The notes below the pieces were generated by a model. The model was not told where the DNA came from. It saw only the letters and a program-made list of their open reading frames with translations, and searched no databases. 40,357 nt of DNA. Origin: Candidatus Moraniibacteriota bacterium. GTDB taxonomy: Bacteria > Patescibacteriota > Minisyncoccia > JAHIHE01 > JAGLIN01. Every line of letters begins with the position of its first letter. The stretch's first letter is position 1. Both the position numbers and the translations under genes were made by a program. This document shows, piece after piece, positions 8,487 to 17,908 of this stretch. The stretch is taken from contig DAOWDS010000029.1 of NCBI GenBank assembly GCA_030638895.1, positions 1-40,357 on the forward strand, in the 5' to 3' direction.

Positions 8487-9364
8487 AAAAAATTAAGTTT
8501 GCTATAATTGGCGCCAGTGAAACAGAAAATACCAAGAATCTTATTGAAGAAATAAAATTAAGAGGACATTTGGTTTTTTTAATTCAACCTAAAAATTTAG
8601 TTTTTGAGTTTTCTAAAAATAAAAAGTTTAAAATTAAGCAGGGAAATATAAATTTGGATAAGTTGGATATATTTATTTTTAGAGGATATAACATAAATAT
8701 TGTTGTGGCAAAAATTTTGGCTGAAAAATTAATCAGGGATAAAAAGGTGGTTATAGATGAAGTTTTAGGAAAAAGATTTATTCCGAGTAAAATATTTGAA
8801 TGCAGTAAATTTGCCGAATATAATATAAATCATCCTGTGACATTTCAGGCATTGGATATTTCATCTTACAAAATTATTTTGGACAAGGTAACTTTTCCTA
8901 TAATTGTAAAACCATTGTATGGACAAAAGGGGCAAGGTATAATTAAAATAAATAATAAAACTAAAGCTTTGGCATTTTTCAAAAAAAATCCTAGAGGGTA
9001 TTTAGTTCAGGAGTATTTAAAAACAGATAGCGATATTAGAGTTTTTGTTGTTAACAATAAAATTCTTGGCGCTATGAGGAGATTTGTTCTGTCTGGCGAT
9101 TTTAGATCAAATGCGTCATTGGGCACCAAAGTGGAAAAAGTGATACCTACTAAAGAAATGAAAACGATTGCTATTAAAGCGACCAAAGCGATGGGATATG
9201 AAATTGCTGGTGTTGATTTTTTAGAATATAAAAATAAACTGTATGTTTTAGAGGTTAATTCTACTCCTCAGTGGCAAAAGTTTAAAGAGATTACAGGTAT
9301 TAATCCGGCAAAAAATATAGTCAGTTTAGCGTTAAAAAAATATAAAAAAAATAATACAAGTTAA
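8483..9364 (+). CDS. RimK-family ATP-grasp amino acid ligase
   Basis: PIIVKPLYGQKGQG, VQEY, DIRVFVV, DFRSNASLG, AGVD, LEVNSTP; ATGA overlap with upstream gene. Confidence 0.9.
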   Translation: MKKIKFAIIGASETENTKNLIEEIKLRGHLVFLIQPKNLVFEFSKNKKFKIKQGNINLDKLDIFIFRGYNINIVVAKILAEKLIRDKKVVIDEVLGKRFIPSKIFECSKFAEYNINHPVTFQALDISSYKIILDKVTFPIIVKPLYGQKGQGIIKINNKTKALAFFKKNPRGYLVQEYLKTDSDIRVFVVNNKILGAMRRFVLSGDFRSNASLGTKVEKVIPTKEMKTIAIKATKAMGYEIAGVDFLEYKNKLYVLEVNSTPQWQKFKEITGINPAKNIVSLALKKYKKNNTS

Positions 9365-9378
9365 CAATTTACATAAAA

Positions 9379-10713
9379 ATGAAAAAAATATTATACTTTA
9401 AAAACTACAAAATTTCTTCTGATTCTATATTATTTAAATACAAGTTTAACAATAAAAGTTATACTGTTGAATTTATTTCGAAAGAATTGCTACAAAATAA
9501 AAGCTTTGATCCTAAAAATGATTATGTTTTAAACAAAGTCATTTGTTATTTAGGTGTAATTTCTAGTTTTAACTTATTTGATTTAGAATATTTTAATGAA
9601 ATAATTGTAGAATGTATGGTATTAAACAAAGAAGAAGGCGATTATTTTTCTAATCTTTCTTTCGATGGCTTAGCTGAATTTAGATATATTAATAAAATAA
9701 ACATAAGTAAAAAAGTAAAATTTTCTTCTATCTGTAGTCAAAGTAATTGTCTATATAAAAAACCAAAACTATTTTTTAATAAAAAAACTATTTTGTTAAA
9801 TGGAGGAGGAAAAGATTCTGCCGTGGCAGCTGAAATGCTAAAATTGATAAAAGAAAATTATAGCTGGTTAACTTTAAATATGAATACTGCTAGAAAAAAT
9901 ATAATTTTAACATCAAAAATTAAAAGTTGCTTTTCATTATCGAGAGTTATAGACAAAAATATTAGAAAAGATAGTAAATACTTGGGTCACAAGCCAGTTA
10001 GCGCTCTCATAGCTTTTATAAGTATTCTTTACGCATATATTTATAAATACTCATATGTAGTTACGGCTAATGAATATTCATCAAATTTTTCTAATTTAAA
10101 AATAAACGATATATCAATAAATCACCAATATACTAAATCTCTAGATTTTGAAAAAAAATTTAATGTTTTTATACGAAACAGATTATTTAAGGGAGTTACA
10201 TATTATAGTGTTTTAAGACCTTTATATGAAATACAAATAACAAAAATATTTTCTTTCTATAGGCAATACTTTCCTCATTTCATAAGTTGTAATATAGGAG
10301 TTAAAGAAAACAAATGGTGTCTTAAATGTCCTAAATGCGCGTTTATTTTTCTTGCTTTAGCGCCTTTTATCTCAATTGCAAATATTAAAAAAATTTGGGG
10401 CTCCAATTTATTTTTAGATAAAAATATTACAGATAATATTTTAAAACTTATCGACAATAGTGCCAAACCATTTGATTGTGTAGGAACCAAAGAAGAATGT
10501 CGACTCGCTCTATATTTATGCGAAAAAAATAAACTTTTAGAAGAAGTTTCGAAAAGTACAAAAAAGGAATTATTTAAATATATTCAAAATTACGATTACG
10601 AAAAAAACTTAAAAAAATATTTACAGACATACAAAAGAGAAAATAATATTCCTAAAATCATTATTCCGAAAGTGGAAAAATTCTGGAAAAAAACACTGGA
10701 AATTAGACAATAA
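9379..10713 (+). CDS. MurL-like ATP-dependent peptidyl-glutamate epimerase (PP-loop, Cys cluster)
   Basis: GGGKDS PP-loop, GH.P, ANEYSSN, NHQYTKS, LRPLYE.QI, SCN, WCLKCPKC.F, KPFDCVG; 444 aa. Confidence 0.75.
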   Translation: MKKILYFKNYKISSDSILFKYKFNNKSYTVEFISKELLQNKSFDPKNDYVLNKVICYLGVISSFNLFDLEYFNEIIVECMVLNKEEGDYFSNLSFDGLAEFRYINKINISKKVKFSSICSQSNCLYKKPKLFFNKKTILLNGGGKDSAVAAEMLKLIKENYSWLTLNMNTARKNIILTSKIKSCFSLSRVIDKNIRKDSKYLGHKPVSALIAFISILYAYIYKYSYVVTANEYSSNFSNLKINDISINHQYTKSLDFEKKFNVFIRNRLFKGVTYYSVLRPLYEIQITKIFSFYRQYFPHFISCNIGVKENKWCLKCPKCAFIFLALAPFISIANIKKIWGSNLFLDKNITDNILKLIDNSAKPFDCVGTKEECRLALYLCEKNKLLEEVSKSTKKELFKYIQNYDYEKNLKKYLQTYKRENNIPKIIIPKVEKFWKKTLEIRQ

Positions 10714-10761
10714 TTATTCTGCTAATATTCTTTGCCTTTTAAGCTTATAATAAAACTTTGT

Positions 10762-12402
10762 ATGAAAAATGAACAGCCAAAATTAGAAATAATAATTTCT
10801 GAAATTAAAAAAGTGGGAGAAGAAAAAGAAGTTGAAGATGCAGTGATTAGGGAAGAGCGTGAGACTTTATCGGAAGTATTAGAAATTCCCGAAGAAGATG
10901 TTAAAAAATTAGAAATAAATATAGAAGAAAAAGAAAAATCTGAAAATAGTAAAATATTATTTGAGTATGCAGAAAAAATTTATGATATTACGAAAGATTA
11001 TAGAGCGGTTTATATATATTTAGATAACACAGATACAAAACTAATAAATATAGAAAAATTGAAAGAAGCTATTAATGATTTAGAAGAAATTCAGGACGAA
11101 GCGCAAAATAGAAATGAGCAAATTGGGAATATCATTAATAAAATAATATTTCCGGAAAAGGCCAAGATTCAACTTCTTTTAGAATTTAAAAACAGCAACT
11201 CAGAAGGAGTTTTTGAAAATGGTAAAATTGCTTACGGAGATATTGACGAAGAATTGTGCGCGAAAGCTCTTGATATTTATAATGATAAATTAGAATTTAT
11301 AAACAGTAAAAAGAATTTATTTAAAGAGATTGATAGTAACAACTCAGAAGAAGCTTTAAAGTATTTAAAATTGGCATATAAACATACTGATGAATTTTCA
11401 ATTGAGAATGATGATGATTGGTACAAAGAAAAATTAGAAGTAATAAAAAAAGAAAGACAGACAGACAGCATAGAAGAGAAACTTAAAAAAAGTAAGTTCA
11501 ACGCTGAAGATATAAAAAATTATTTTGAAATAGCTTTAATAAAGGGAGGGTTGGAAAATGCTGGGTATAAAGTGATTATTGATTCTGTTGCTAAATCTAT
11601 TGGGGTTTATAAGAAACATCCGAAATACGATAGTCCTGTAATTTTAATTCCTGAAAATAGAGAAGTTGACGGGATAAAGCTTCTTGAATTAATAGCTCAT
11701 GAAATAGGCGGGCATATAGCCTCGGGTTTTTACAGCAACAAACAAGGGCTTGGAGCGGTATCTATAGGAAGGGATTGGGAGACCTATAATGAAGGAATTG
11801 CAAAAAAAAATGAGATTGAAATAAAAAAAGAGATTTTAGAAAATTCTTACTTGAATTTTAAAATAAATTCAAGTCCGCTTTATGTCTTAGCTATGGAGAG
11901 AATAAAAAACGGAGGAGATTTTGATGAAACATGCGATTACATTTTTAGCTTGAAAAAGAAAGAACATTTAGCAGAAGGAAATGATAATTTAGAAAACGAA
12001 AGAGAAGCTAAGAAAACAGCGGAAAAAATATGTAACAGGGTATTTAGAGGATTTGATAAAAAAGAAAAAGGGAAATATTTTACGAAAGATTTAGCGTATT
12101 TGGTTGGAGAATCTGGTGTTCGAGAAATGAAAAAAACAGGAGTAGATAAATATTTATATTTGTCCAAAGTAGATCCCAAATTAATTCCAGATTTAATTAA
12201 AATGGGAGTTTATACTTATGAAAAAGGGTTGCAAATGACAAAAGATGTTGCTAAACAAGTTTGGCAAGATAAGGACTGGTTGGCAGATTATATAAAAAAC
12301 AAAAAGTGGTATGAAGAAAATACCCCAGAACATTTAGGACATTGGAATTATAGAGATAAATACATGAATGAGAATAAAACTGGATTGAAAAGCGAGGAAT
12401 AG
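10762..12402 (+). CDS. DUF1704 / MATCAP-like metallocarboxypeptidase
   Basis: HEIGGH (HExxxH), downstream NEGIA, RVFRG, FTKDLAYLVG; start taken at ATG 10762 rather than TTG 10732. Confidence 0.78.
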   Translation: MKNEQPKLEIIISEIKKVGEEKEVEDAVIREERETLSEVLEIPEEDVKKLEINIEEKEKSENSKILFEYAEKIYDITKDYRAVYIYLDNTDTKLINIEKLKEAINDLEEIQDEAQNRNEQIGNIINKIIFPEKAKIQLLLEFKNSNSEGVFENGKIAYGDIDEELCAKALDIYNDKLEFINSKKNLFKEIDSNNSEEALKYLKLAYKHTDEFSIENDDDWYKEKLEVIKKERQTDSIEEKLKKSKFNAEDIKNYFEIALIKGGLENAGYKVIIDSVAKSIGVYKKHPKYDSPVILIPENREVDGIKLLELIAHEIGGHIASGFYSNKQGLGAVSIGRDWETYNEGIAKKNEIEIKKEILENSYLNFKINSSPLYVLAMERIKNGGDFDETCDYIFSLKKKEHLAEGNDNLENEREAKKTAEKICNRVFRGFDKKEKGKYFTKDLAYLVGESGVREMKKTGVDKYLYLSKVDPKLIPDLIKMGVYTYEKGLQMTKDVAKQVWQDKDWLADYIKNKKWYEENTPEHLGHWNYRDKYMNENKTGLKSEE

Positions 12403-12421
12403 AATTTTTCAACAAAAACTT

Positions 12422-13465
12422 ATGATAAAAAATGCACCAAAAAGTATAAAAGCTATTAGCTCAATAATTTTAGCTGAAGAGGCATTAAAAAGAGGAATAA
12501 AGATTAATCATATTAATAGATATCAAAAAAGAATGGCTTTTTTGGAATTGTTGTACAAAAAACATTTTGAATATATAGCTGGTCAGAACGTTTCCCAGAC
12601 ATCTTTCACGGGTAATTATGCCACATCAAATAAAGCATTAACTAAAAGTTTGTTATTAAGAGCAAAGATAAATATTGCGAAAGGAAAATTATTTAGCAAA
12701 GGTGATATTGACAAAGCGCAAAATTTTATAAATAAAATAGGATATCCAATTGTAATTAAAAAGAAAGACGGAACTCATGGAGATTTGGTTTTTGTGGGAA
12801 TAAAAAACAGAAAAATGTGCGACAAAGCAGCCAATTGTATTTTAAAAGAAAATGACGATGTTTTAATAGAGAAAGAATTTAAAGGAAAAGAATATAGAAT
12901 TATAGCAACTAAAAATAAATTTATAGCTGCTACAAATAGAATTCCTGCTAATGTTATCGGAGACGGTATTCATACCATAAGAGAGCTTATTAAGAGTAAA
13001 AATAATGATATTAAACGCGGAAATAGTTTTTTTGAAAATAAACCACTAAGAAAAATAAAAGTGAATAATATTGTGAAACAAAATATAAGAGAGCAAAATA
13101 TGACATTAAATACAATACTTTTTGAAAAGGAAAAAATATATTTAAGAAAAACATCTAACCTGTCAACCGGCGGAGATAGTATTGATGTAACAGACCAGGT
13201 TCATCCGGAAATTAGAAAAATTGCAATTAGGGCTATAAGAGCTATTCCTGGACTTGCCTATGCCGGAATAGATTTAATGACTAACAATAACATTTCAAAA
13301 AAACCAACAAAAAATAGTTATATAATAATTGAAATAAATGCATCTCCTGGAATATTTATGCATCATTTCCCGTATCAAGGAAAATCAAGGAATGTTGCAA
13401 AAGGAATAATTGACATTTTATTTCCAGAAACGAAAGGGAAATATATTGACGTGAAAATTAAATAA
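12422..13465 (+). CDS. Stand-alone cyanophycin-synthetase/GshAB-like ATP-grasp ligase
   Basis: NKALTKSLL, YPIVIK, GKEYR, RIPANVIGDGIHTIRELI, NLSTGGDSIDVTD, AGIDL, IEINASPG; no Mur-ligase or GCL domain. Confidence 0.85.
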   Translation: MIKNAPKSIKAISSIILAEEALKRGIKINHINRYQKRMAFLELLYKKHFEYIAGQNVSQTSFTGNYATSNKALTKSLLLRAKINIAKGKLFSKGDIDKAQNFINKIGYPIVIKKKDGTHGDLVFVGIKNRKMCDKAANCILKENDDVLIEKEFKGKEYRIIATKNKFIAATNRIPANVIGDGIHTIRELIKSKNNDIKRGNSFFENKPLRKIKVNNIVKQNIREQNMTLNTILFEKEKIYLRKTSNLSTGGDSIDVTDQVHPEIRKIAIRAIRAIPGLAYAGIDLMTNNNISKKPTKNSYIIIEINASPGIFMHHFPYQGKSRNVAKGIIDILFPETKGKYIDVKIK

Positions 13466-13489
13466 ATACAGCAAACAATCTTTTATCCT

Positions 13490-13517
13490 TTAACATTTGT
13501 TAAATTTAAGCTATAAT
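13490..13517 (+). promoter_or_regulatory. Putative sigma70 promoter for the glgA cluster
   Basis: TTAACA-16 nt-TATAAT; AT-rich background lowers specificity. Confidence 0.4.
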
Positions 13518-13589
13518 GTAACTAGATATATACTGTCTGGTTATTTTATGACATAAATTTTTATTTTAGAATATAATAATACAAATTTT

Positions 13590-16055
13590 ATGCTGAAAGC
13601 GCTTAAAATACTTTTTGTGACAACCGATTTATCTCCTTTTTCAAAAGCGGGCGGACTTGGAGACGTTTCTTGCTCTTTGCCGAAAGCGCTTTTAAAAGCG
13701 GGTCTTAATATAAGAATTATTATGCCACGACATGGAGTTATAGATGAAAAGAAACATAATATAAAGCTTATAAAAGATAATTTAAAAGTAAAAATTATAA
13801 AAAATACCGAAATAAATTTCAGAATAAAAAAAGGGAATTTAACTAAGGAGCTGCCAGTTTATTTTATAGACAAATTCAAATATTTTGGAGGAAGAAACAA
13901 AATATATGGATATAAAGACGAAAATCAGCGTTTTATGTTCTTTAATTTTGCAGTTTTTGAAGCAATTAGAAATATGAATAATTGGGTTCCAGACATAATA
14001 CATTGCAATGACTGGCACAATGGATTGATTCCATATCTGCTTAAAACTAAATTTAGCAAAGAAGAAATATTAAAAAAAACAAAAACAATTTTTACGATTC
14101 ATAATCTCACTTTTCAATTAGGAAAAAATTGGTGGGAAATTGATAAGAAAGAGCAGGATGATGGCGTGAGCAAGCTGCCTGATTTTAAGGATAGATATAA
14201 AATTGACAGAATTAATTTTGCAAAAAGAGGGATATTAAGCGCGGATATAATAAACACCGTAAGTGAAAAATATGCTGAAGAGATAATTCAAAAAAAGTTT
14301 GGACAGGACCTTTATAATATATTGTTAGTAAAACATCAAGAAAAGAGATTTTTTGGAATAATAAATGGCATTGATTATAAGGAATATAATCCTCAAACTG
14401 ATCCCGGTCTTTGGATAAACTATGATCATAATTCTCTTCAAAAAAAAGTTATAAATAAAATGAAATTACAGGAAGATTTTGGCCTTGAAATTGATGATGA
14501 TGTTCCGTTAATAGCAATGGCGACTAGGATTACTGAGCAAAAAGGATTTGATTTAATTTTGGAAATTATAGACGCCTTATTGAGGCTTAATATGCAATTA
14601 ATTCTTATTGGCAGCGCAGATTCAGATTACAAAAAAATATTTAAAAAATTAAGCAAAAAAAATCCCAAAAAAGTAGCGACTCATTTAAAGTTTGAAACTA
14701 AAAAAATAACAAGAGTTTATGCGAGTTCCGACATGTTTTTAATGCCATCTCGTTTTGAACCATGCGGGCTGGGGCAGATGATAAGTTTGCGATACGGTTC
14801 TATTCCAATTGTTCGAGAAACGGGAGGACTTTCTGATACAATTACAAATTATAATCCGCGGACAAAAAATGGAAACGGATTTGTTTTTAAAACTTATGAT
14901 CCACAAGACCTTCTTGTTGCGATTGTTAGAGCGCTAGAGACTTATAAATATAAAGAAGATTGGCGAAATCTTGCAAAAAAAGGAATGCAAGAATCTTTTT
15001 CTTGGGAGGTTCCTGCTAAAAAATATAATATACTTTATAAAAAAGCAATTAATTTAAAAATAGATAAAAAATTTATGTATCAAACCATAGAAGATATTAA
15101 TAAAAAAATTAAAGAACTGGCAAAAAAAGAATGTTTTAAAATTATAAAACCCGTTAGTTATTTTATTAAAAAGAAAAAAAATTATTATGCTCACAATGTT
15201 TTAAAAGGCAACAAAAAAATATTTTTAAAAGCTAGAATTACGGCCAATAAAGGTTATATTTTTGGGATTGAAAAAGGAATGAAAATTTCAAAAATAATGA
15301 CTGAAAATAAAAAAATATCAAATAAGGTTAACTTCACGGGATTTTTGGGAGGATCTTTAAAAGAAATTCCAGAATGGTATGTTTATAATTATATTGAAGG
15401 AAATATTTTAGGAGATTTTTATAATATGCCTAAAAAACATGAAAAAGAAGTATATATCAAAAACTCTGTTAAAAATTTGAGAAATCTGCAAAGCGTATCT
15501 AACGAGCTTATAAAAGAAGCAGAAAAAAATGGAGTTATCGAACATATTAAGAAGAGAGGGTATACGGATTATTGTAATACAGTTGAATATTACGAAAAAC
15601 AAAAAGTTGAAGACGGAAAAATTGATTTTGCCAGTGTTTATAAACTGCTTGAAAAAAATAAGAAAGCATTAGATGAAAATTTTGTTATTGCTCATGGTGA
15701 TTTTACTCTTGCTAATCAAATTGTTTCAGACAAAGACGGAAAAGTATATCTTTCTGATTGGGACTCAGTTAGGATTGACAATATTGCGGCAGATTTAACT
15801 CATCTTTGGGTTCAAACATGGAGATATCCAGCTTGGCGCTCAAAACTTCTGCAAGAATTTTTAGGAAGTATTTCTGCAACAGACAAAAATAAATTTAAAG
15901 AAATTTTTAGAATTACAGCCATTGAACAGGCAATGGCGGAAATTAAATGGAATTCAACGGCATGTAAGAAAAAATATAAAAAAGGCGTTATTGACATTTC
16001 AATAAAAACTATCAAAACTGCGTTAGAAGGATTTGAATGGCTGATTGAAATCTAG
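13590..16055 (+). CDS. glgA: Glycogen synthase (GT5) fused to a C-terminal APH/choline-kinase-like phosphotransferase domain
   Basis: KAGGLGDV, IIHCNDWH, TIHNL, INTVS..YA.EI, NGID, RITEQKG, PSRFEPCGLGQM, TGGLSDT; extra ~325 aa with HGDFTLAN..DWD..DL. Confidence 0.9.
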   Translation: MLKALKILFVTTDLSPFSKAGGLGDVSCSLPKALLKAGLNIRIIMPRHGVIDEKKHNIKLIKDNLKVKIIKNTEINFRIKKGNLTKELPVYFIDKFKYFGGRNKIYGYKDENQRFMFFNFAVFEAIRNMNNWVPDIIHCNDWHNGLIPYLLKTKFSKEEILKKTKTIFTIHNLTFQLGKNWWEIDKKEQDDGVSKLPDFKDRYKIDRINFAKRGILSADIINTVSEKYAEEIIQKKFGQDLYNILLVKHQEKRFFGIINGIDYKEYNPQTDPGLWINYDHNSLQKKVINKMKLQEDFGLEIDDDVPLIAMATRITEQKGFDLILEIIDALLRLNMQLILIGSADSDYKKIFKKLSKKNPKKVATHLKFETKKITRVYASSDMFLMPSRFEPCGLGQMISLRYGSIPIVRETGGLSDTITNYNPRTKNGNGFVFKTYDPQDLLVAIVRALETYKYKEDWRNLAKKGMQESFSWEVPAKKYNILYKKAINLKIDKKFMYQTIEDINKKIKELAKKECFKIIKPVSYFIKKKKNYYAHNVLKGNKKIFLKARITANKGYIFGIEKGMKISKIMTENKKISNKVNFTGFLGGSLKEIPEWYVYNYIEGNILGDFYNMPKKHEKEVYIKNSVKNLRNLQSVSNELIKEAEKNGVIEHIKKRGYTDYCNTVEYYEKQKVEDGKIDFASVYKLLEKNKKALDENFVIAHGDFTLANQIVSDKDGKVYLSDWDSVRIDNIAADLTHLWVQTWRYPAWRSKLLQEFLGSISATDKNKFKEIFRITAIEQAMAEIKWNSTACKKKYKKGVIDISIKTIKTALEGFEWLIEI

Positions 16056-16079
16056 TTTTAATAATTAATAATAAAAAAT

Positions 16080-16835
16080 ATGTTTGTAGTAATTTTTACA
16101 ATTGTGATTATTTTACTTATTTTATTAATTGCAGTTCCTCATATTTTTTCTCGAATTTTAAAATATTTTAAATTTGAAAATGTCACTTTTAAAAAATCTA
16201 TATTAATATTATCCCTTTCATATGCTACAAGTTTTATTTTTAGCTTAATTTTCAATATTATAAATATTCAAATAATTTATTACATTTTAAATTTATTGTT
16301 TGCGTTTATAGTATTTCATTATTTTTTAAATAAATATTATCAAAACAATTTAAAACAAGCTTTAAAAATTTATATTGTTGCTAATATAATATATATTATA
16401 TTAGCTTTATTAATTATAATGCCAACAAGACAATTTATTTTTGAACCATTTTTTACGGCGGGAGAAAGCATGAATCCAACATTAAATAATGGTGATTATT
16501 TGATAATTAATAAAATAAATAAATCATATCAAAGAGGAGATATTATCGTATTTTATAATTCTTTGCATGACGGTTTTCTTACAAAAAGGATTATCGGAGT
16601 GCCGACTGAAATAGTTGAGATTAAAAATGGAAAAGTTTTTATAAATGAAATTGAATTAAAAGAAAATTATATTTTTCAAGAGGTTTTTCCAAATAAAATA
16701 ATTGCTCTTAATGATGATGAATATTTTGTTTTAGGAGATAATCTTTCTAAGAGCGCGGATTCAAGATTTTTTGGAGCGATAAAAAAAGATGATATTAGAG
16801 GAGAAGTCGTCTATAATTTTAACGAAGCTAAATAA
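16080..16835 (+). CDS. lepB: Signal peptidase I (S26) with extended multi-TM N-terminus
   Basis: GESMNPT (Ser), KRIIG (Lys), VLGDN..SADSR.FG. Confidence 0.88.
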   Translation: MFVVIFTIVIILLILLIAVPHIFSRILKYFKFENVTFKKSILILSLSYATSFIFSLIFNIINIQIIYYILNLLFAFIVFHYFLNKYYQNNLKQALKIYIVANIIYIILALLIIMPTRQFIFEPFFTAGESMNPTLNNGDYLIINKINKSYQRGDIIVFYNSLHDGFLTKRIIGVPTEIVEIKNGKVFINEIELKENYIFQEVFPNKIIALNDDEYFVLGDNLSKSADSRFFGAIKKDDIRGEVVYNFNEAK

Positions 16836-16840
16836 ATAAA

Positions 16841-17908
16841 ATGAAAAAGCTAAAAATCGCGCAAATTGCTCCTCTTTGGGAGACGATTCCTCCCCAAAAA
16901 TATGGGGGTATTGAAGTTATGATAGAAAAAATTACGAATGAGCTTGTGCAAAGAGGACATAGTGTTACTCTTTTTGCCAGTGGAAATTCAAAGACAAAAG
17001 CGGAACTCAAATCAGTTTTTCAAAAATCGCTTTTTGAAATGAACATTGATTGGTATCACAGGTCGCAGAATTTAATAAACGCGGCGAATGCTTTTTCAAT
17101 GGCAAATAAATTTGATGTAATTCATAATCATGCCGGTGATAATGGACTATTATTTTCTCAAACAACAAAAACACCAGTTGTGACAACGCTTCACAATGTT
17201 CTTCCTAATTCAGAACAAAAAAGTTCTGATGAATATATAACAATGAAATATTTTTCTCGCAAAACAAATTTTGTCAGTATAAGCCTTGATCAAAGAATAC
17301 ATACTGATATAAAATTTAAATATTCTGGAACAGTATATAACGGTATAAATTTAAAAGATTTTACTTTTAATCCAAAATCGCAAGATTATCTCGTCTGGCT
17401 TGGCAGAATTCACTATGGCAAAGGATTGCGGAATGCGGTCAATGTTGCTAAAATTTCGAAGGAAAAATTAATAATAGCCGGCAATATAACCTGTGAAACC
17501 GATGAAAAATATTTTAAAAGCGTGAAACCGATGATTGACGGAAAAAAAATAAAATATATAGGCGAAGTAGATTCAAGAAAAAAAAATGAATTATTAGGCA
17601 ATGCTAAGGGGCTTTTATTTCCGACAATATGGGAGGAACCATTCGGGCTTGTTATGGCAGAAGCAATGGCATGCGGAACTCCTATTATTGGATTTGATAA
17701 AGGATCGGTTTTTGAAGTTGTGAAGGATGGAGTAACTGGGTTTATTGTCAAAAATGACAAAGAAATAATTGAAGCCATAAAAAATATTTATAAAATAGAC
17801 AGAACAGAATGTAGAAAGCATGTAGAAAGTCATTTTACAGTTGAAAAAATGGTTGATGGATATGAAAAAATCTATGAAAAAATAATTAATAAAAGCAAAA
17901 TTAAATGA
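16841..17908 (+). CDS. GT4 glycosyltransferase
   Basis: IAQIAPLWETIPPQKYGGIE, GHSVTLFASG, YNGI, EEPFGLVMAEAMACGTP. Confidence 0.93.
   Translation: MKKLKIAQIAPLWETIPPQKYGGIEVMIEKITNELVQRGHSVTLFASGNSKTKAELKSVFQKSLFEMNIDWYHRSQNLINAANAFSMANKFDVIHNHAGDNGLLFSQTTKTPVVTTLHNVLPNSEQKSSDEYITMKYFSRKTNFVSISLDQRIHTDIKFKYSGTVYNGINLKDFTFNPKSQDYLVWLGRIHYGKGLRNAVNVAKISKEKLIIAGNITCETDEKYFKSVKPMIDGKKIKYIGEVDSRKKNELLGNAKGLLFPTIWEEPFGLVMAEAMACGTPIIGFDKGSVFEVVKDGVTGFIVKNDKEIIEAIKNIYKIDRTECRKHVESHFTVEKMVDGYEKIYEKIINKSKIK

Noticed and set aside
10732-10761. TTG start for the DUF1704 gene
   Set aside because: The extension contains a TATAAT box (10746); ATG 10762 is the more plausible start
12422-13465. Calling this gene cphA or gshAB
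   Set aside because: Only the ATP-grasp module is present (347 aa); the other required domains are absent
14700-16055. APH-like domain as an antibiotic resistance gene
   Set aside because: Only the generic kinase motif is shared, and it is fused to glycogen synthase in a carbohydrate cluster
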